A stretch of 59,838 nucleotides of DNA, taken from Candidatus Bipolaricaulota bacterium. GTDB lineage: Bacteria > Bipolaricaulota > Bipolaricaulia > M55B111. The DNA lies in NCBI GenBank assembly GCA_018334915.1, contig JAGXLB010000002.1, positions 1 through 59,838 on the forward strand, read 5' to 3'. This document shows positions 56,604 through 59,838 of this stretch, in pieces. The notes under the pieces were generated by a model. That model saw only the letters and a program-made list of their open reading frames with translations, was not told the DNA's origin and did no database searches. Position 1 is the stretch's first letter; every line of letters starts with the position of its first letter. Both the position numbers and the translations under genes were made by a program.

Positions 56604-58076
56604 TTACTCGATTTTAAAAGCGTATCGGAAATGATATCCCTGGGGATGCGAATTCCAGTTCAAAAAAGGCAGCCTGTAAATAAACGGAATCTCGAAAGCC
56701 TCCTCCGCAAAGTTCCGTTGTTTCTGAATAGTGGGATATATATCAATTAAGTGCCAGCCCGGCTTCCCTGTTGCCCTCAACTTTGCCTCGATAATCCCAG
56801 GAATATCACCGCCACAAGCATAACCGATAAATGAATTATCGTACAGAATAGTTACCTGGTTCCAGATTTCATTCCAGCCTATTCCCTGAGCGTTGATAGT
56901 AATCTGATCCCCAATGGATCCCTCTTTCCTGGAAAGATCCTGAAAAACCGGAAGAACTATAGCAGAAGTTGTAGCGGCCTTTTTTTCGTTTACAATCGCG
57001 TGGATGGGGTGAGGTCCTCCCTGAACCGTCTTGGGGGCGGGCTTTATTTCAGCGGCAAATCGACCATCTCCTCCTGTCGTTTCCCTGACTATTACCGAAT
57101 TCTTTTCCTCGAAACTTTCCTCCCGGATGTTACTGCCCTCCAGTTCAGGCCAAATAAGTTTGACCTCCGTGTTTTCCGGGAAGCCAGCTCCCATTACCTC
57201 TAACGAACTATTGACCGGTATCGCCCAGTAATCCGTAGTCAAGCTGGGCCTCCCGTTATCAGTTAGCCCGGAATTCTCCCTGGGAACGCTATCAGGAACC
57301 TGATCTCCAATCGGGGGTGGAAGAACAGGCTCTCCCTCGGTCAGTTCAAATTTCCAGGATAGGTCCGGCGTACCAGGTAAAGGCGTCAATCCTATATGGG
57401 TTTGTCTGTAAGAATGAGCGTTTCCAAACTGGCTTCGCTCCACGTCAACAATATGAGTGCCGGGCTGGCCGGTTGCAGGTATATTTATCTCACAGGTGCC
57501 CTTGAAAGTAACCGGACTGATAAGTCCAGTGTACTTATTGTCGTAATAGATATGGAATATTGAATTTTCTACGAAATTTGCCGCTGGCAGCGGAAGGCCG
57601 TGGGCCGTGATAGTTATAGGGGACCCGAGTGGACCCGAATTCGGGGATACTTCAAAACTTCGAATAATCCTGACACCGACCTTATTTATTCTTTTCTCTT
57701 CCCTAATCAGATAAAGGTCGTGCAGTCCGCCAAAGTCCTCGGGAATTTCGACTTCCCGGTTGAATCTTCCATCTTCGTCAGTTTCAACAATAGAAATAAC
57801 TTTTTGTCTCTCTTGGTGTTTGAACCCAAAGAACTTCTGCCAGAGGACACCATCGGAATTCCTCTCAATTTTCCAATCCACCGAATTAGTCCGCCATAAA
57901 AGTTTGAACTGATCCTGTGGGGGAAGGTTTTCACCAGTAACTTCTACTACTTCACCAACCTTTGCTTCTTCCGGCTCACATTTAATTCTTCCCTGAAACC
58001 CTTCTTCGGGAGTAGGCATACTCCTGAGGTCTCTAACAACATCCTTCTCCGGCTCGGATCCAGTTTTCCCGGACAT
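56604..58076 (-). CDS. Hypothetical protein with four IPT/TIG-like beta-sandwich repeats and no signal peptide
   Basis: Start set at the ATG at 58076 (AGGAGG 6 nt upstream). Internal repeats include ...ITITAHGLP... and ...ITINAQGIG... Confidence 0.5.
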   Translation of the reverse strand: MSGKTGSEPEKDVVRDLRSMPTPEEGFQGRIKCEPEEAKVGEVVEVTGENLPPQDQFKLLWRTNSVDWKIERNSDGVLWQKFFGFKHQERQKVISIVETDEDGRFNREVEIPEDFGGLHDLYLIREEKRINKVGVRIIRSFEVSPNSGPLGSPITITAHGLPLPAANFVENSIFHIYYDNKYTGLISPVTFKGTCEINIPATGQPGTHIVDVERSQFGNAHSYRQTHIGLTPLPGTPDLSWKFELTEGEPVLPPPIGDQVPDSVPRENSGLTDNGRPSLTTDYWAIPVNSSLEVMGAGFPENTEVKLIWPELEGSNIREESFEEKNSVIVRETTGGDGRFAAEIKPAPKTVQGGPHPIHAIVNEKKAATTSAIVLPVFQDLSRKEGSIGDQITINAQGIGWNEIWNQVTILYDNSFIGYACGGDIPGIIEAKLRATGKPGWHLIDIYPTIQKQRNFAEEAFEIPFIYRLPFLNWNSHPQGYHFRYAFKIE

Positions 58077-58147
58077 AGCATTCCTCCTGGAAAAAATAAG
58101 GGGGCTTAGCCTTCTTAAGCCCCCTACATCATGCAACTTAATTTAAC

Positions 58148-58729
58148 TTATTTTTCTTCGATAGTCAAAGAATGAGGGAAGGTGTCGACTTCTTTATCAC
58201 CAAACATCTCCAGTTTCCCCATCCGGCCTTCTTTATCTTCGGCGGTTATTTCGTAAGTCATCTTGCCCGCGGGGACTCCTGGAGAAATCTTATATCCGCC
58301 TGCCCAGTAGTAAATCCTCGGAGTTTCGTCTGGCGGGTGTTCGCTATGGTTTAAGTCAACAGTATCTCCGTTTTCCAGTTTTACCTGAACTTTCAAGCCT
58401 CTATCCACGACTTCCTCGTGATCGTTTATCTTCTCGCCGGTGTTCCCGCTAAACAGAACGGCGTGCCAGACGATTTGCTCCCCTTTCTTAAAAGTATCAG
58501 TAAGTCCACAGGGTGGTCCAACTGCACCGGAGCCACCTTTTACTACCTCGGAAACTATTACGTAATCCTGTCCTTCTGCCGCCGCGGCTTCGAAGTTAGT
58601 TGCCGCAAGTGAGCTGAACGCGATACCTCCAACTGCTGCTGCGGCGCCCTTAATAAAGTCCCGCCGGTTTAAGTTGTCCAGGATATTTCCTTCTTCTGAC
58701 TCTTCAACTTCTTTAACTTCTTCGGTCAT
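58148..58729 (-). CDS. Hypothetical secreted protein with a twin-arginine signal peptide
   Basis: NRRDFIKGAAAAVGGIAFSSLAA Tat motif; 193 aa. Confidence 0.55.
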   Translation of the reverse strand: MTEEVKEVEESEEGNILDNLNRRDFIKGAAAAVGGIAFSSLAATNFEAAAAEGQDYVIVSEVVKGGSGAVGPPCGLTDTFKKGEQIVWHAVLFSGNTGEKINDHEEVVDRGLKVQVKLENGDTVDLNHSEHPPDETPRIYYWAGGYKISPGVPAGKMTYEITAEDKEGRMGKLEMFGDKEVDTFPHSLTIEEK

Positions 58730-58847
58730 AGTTCTATACCTCCGTGTACTTAGGGATTAATGATCTTAAAAGCCTCTTCAATGCTCTCAATACTCGTAAT
58801 GAAATTCAGGACGGGAACAATCACCTCCATCGGAACGATCAAACCGA

Positions 58848-59429
58848 TCACTTTTTAATCAAAATATCTGGTCCAAAAACGGCTTTTAGGTCATAGACGA
58901 TTCTCCGTGCCCGTTCACTTAATCCAGGATCATCGTATTTATGGGGATATAGCTCCGCAAAATCCGAACGAACTGGTTTGCCTATTTCTTCTAAAAGTTT
59001 ATTCTTGATATTACTGTAAAGCAGACGCATTTCTTCCAAGGTTTCTTCGTCCTCTTGCCACTCGTACAGATCAGGATCCTCTCGGTTAAACAAATAAGAG
59101 CTTTCAGCCTTTACGCGGTTTTGATACCGTTTCTCCTGGATCACGGGATTATTGTCGATGACTATTTCCTGAATCCATTCGCTAACTTTCTTCCAGGTTT
59201 TTGCTCTGTCCGGTCCGTGAGGCTTTGAGCTACCGTCGCCCCCACCTTCATCCCCCAACAGCCGAACTTCTGGCAGTTCTATCTCTCTTTCTTCTCCGTC
59301 TTCACCGTTACTAACTATCAATCGGGCTGTCAAAACTTCGACAACGGGAAGACCGGCTAACTCTTCCTCACTTTCAGGATCCTGACTTCGGAAGACTATT
59401 TCTCCAACGCGTTTTTCTTCTGTTTCCAC
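58848..59429 (-). CDS. Hypothetical acidic protein
   Basis: 193-aa ORF. No motif was recognised. Confidence 0.4.
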   Translation of the reverse strand: METEEKRVGEIVFRSQDPESEEELAGLPVVEVLTARLIVSNGEDGEEREIELPEVRLLGDEGGGDGSSKPHGPDRAKTWKKVSEWIQEIVIDNNPVIQEKRYQNRVKAESSYLFNREDPDLYEWQEDEETLEEMRLLYSNIKNKLLEEIGKPVRSDFAELYPHKYDDPGLSERARRIVYDLKAVFGPDILIKK

Positions 59430-59812
59430 ACTACCTCTATCAGGTCAAATTTAAAATTTCGTGTTTAGTCCGTTTTTTGCTTTTTGAGAGAGCGGCAATT
59501 AGCAACTAACTAAGTCATAAATCTTCTGAGTGTCATAACAATTGTAATTATTATAACAATCTTGATATCCATTTCAATACTTCAATGATATCTGTGCTTC
59601 CGGAGACTACCCAGCACAGGAATAGCATTCCTTTTTCTCCCGGACAGGACAACGTTAATTAATTTCACCTAAGTCGTGCGATTCTCTCCCTTAAGACCAA
59701 CTCCTAACTCGGTTTGTAAGGAAATATCCCTACTATTTGAGAAACTTATTTATCTTCACCAATTGGGTGATATCTAAAGTGGCAAATCAAGTCGCTCTCC
59801 GGTAACTTTCAA

Positions 59813-59838
59813 CCAGCACCCAGATGAGCTCCGGAACC
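59813..59838. repeat. Probable 5' arm of a third CCAGCAC-headed palindrome, cut by the window end
   Basis: CCAGCACCCAGAT (59813-59825) matches CCAGCACTTAGAT (5-17) at 11 of 13 positions. The upstream TCGCTCTCC (59792-59800) mirrors AGAGCGAGC next to the 3' arm at 113-121. Confidence 0.4.

Noticed and set aside
1-59838. The window starts with GGTTCC and ends with GGAACC (6-nt terminal inverted repeat; joining the ends would give the palindrome GGAACCGGTTCC). This raised the question of a circular element or a transposon-like unit.
   Set aside because: Only 6 nt match. The gene content is chromosomal housekeeping. The half-palindrome at the 3' end has no partner at the 5' end, so circular closure is not supported.

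Overview
Gene-dense bacterial chromosomal window. The proteins are notably acidic and several secreted proteins carry twin-arginine signals, which fits a halophile-like, uncultivated lineage; this is inference only. No rRNA, tRNA, CRISPR array, transposase or integrase was recognised. From 0.2 to 18.2 kb (minus strand) there are two peptide/oligopeptide-type ABC importer clusters. The first has no ATPase genes. The clusters are separated by two paralogous secreted HEAT-repeat genes that share a 764-bp near-identical 5' module. From 18.8 to 30.2 kb lie housekeeping genes: tatC-tatA-tatC, cysS, pgsA, rsfS, an LCP protein, AMMECR1, mtaB, phoH and a 7TM-HD (PgpH-like) phosphodiesterase, followed by a decayed ligA remnant. 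From 30.6 to 46.5 kb there is an unusually dense K+-homeostasis and second-messenger cluster: trkA-trkH, a cNMP-binding protein with a class III cyclase, kdpFABC plus a tandem-USP gene (no kdpDE), and a second trkH/trkA pair. From 46.8 to 59.4 kb lie DUF389, a small permease, sdhAB next to a DoxX-like protein, a LIV-type ABC importer with a fused permease, and three unknown genes. The main finding is non-coding. A family of paralogous structured RNA elements with compensatory helix changes brackets the kdp operon: two complete ~195-nt units, one hairpin-only copy and one truncated copy. One unit forms the kdp leader. It does not resemble the c-di-AMP (ydaO) riboswitch that usually controls kdp/ktr genes. 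Nearby, a 693-bp non-coding region contains nested perfect palindromes that belong to a CCAGCAC-headed palindrome family also seen at both window edges.
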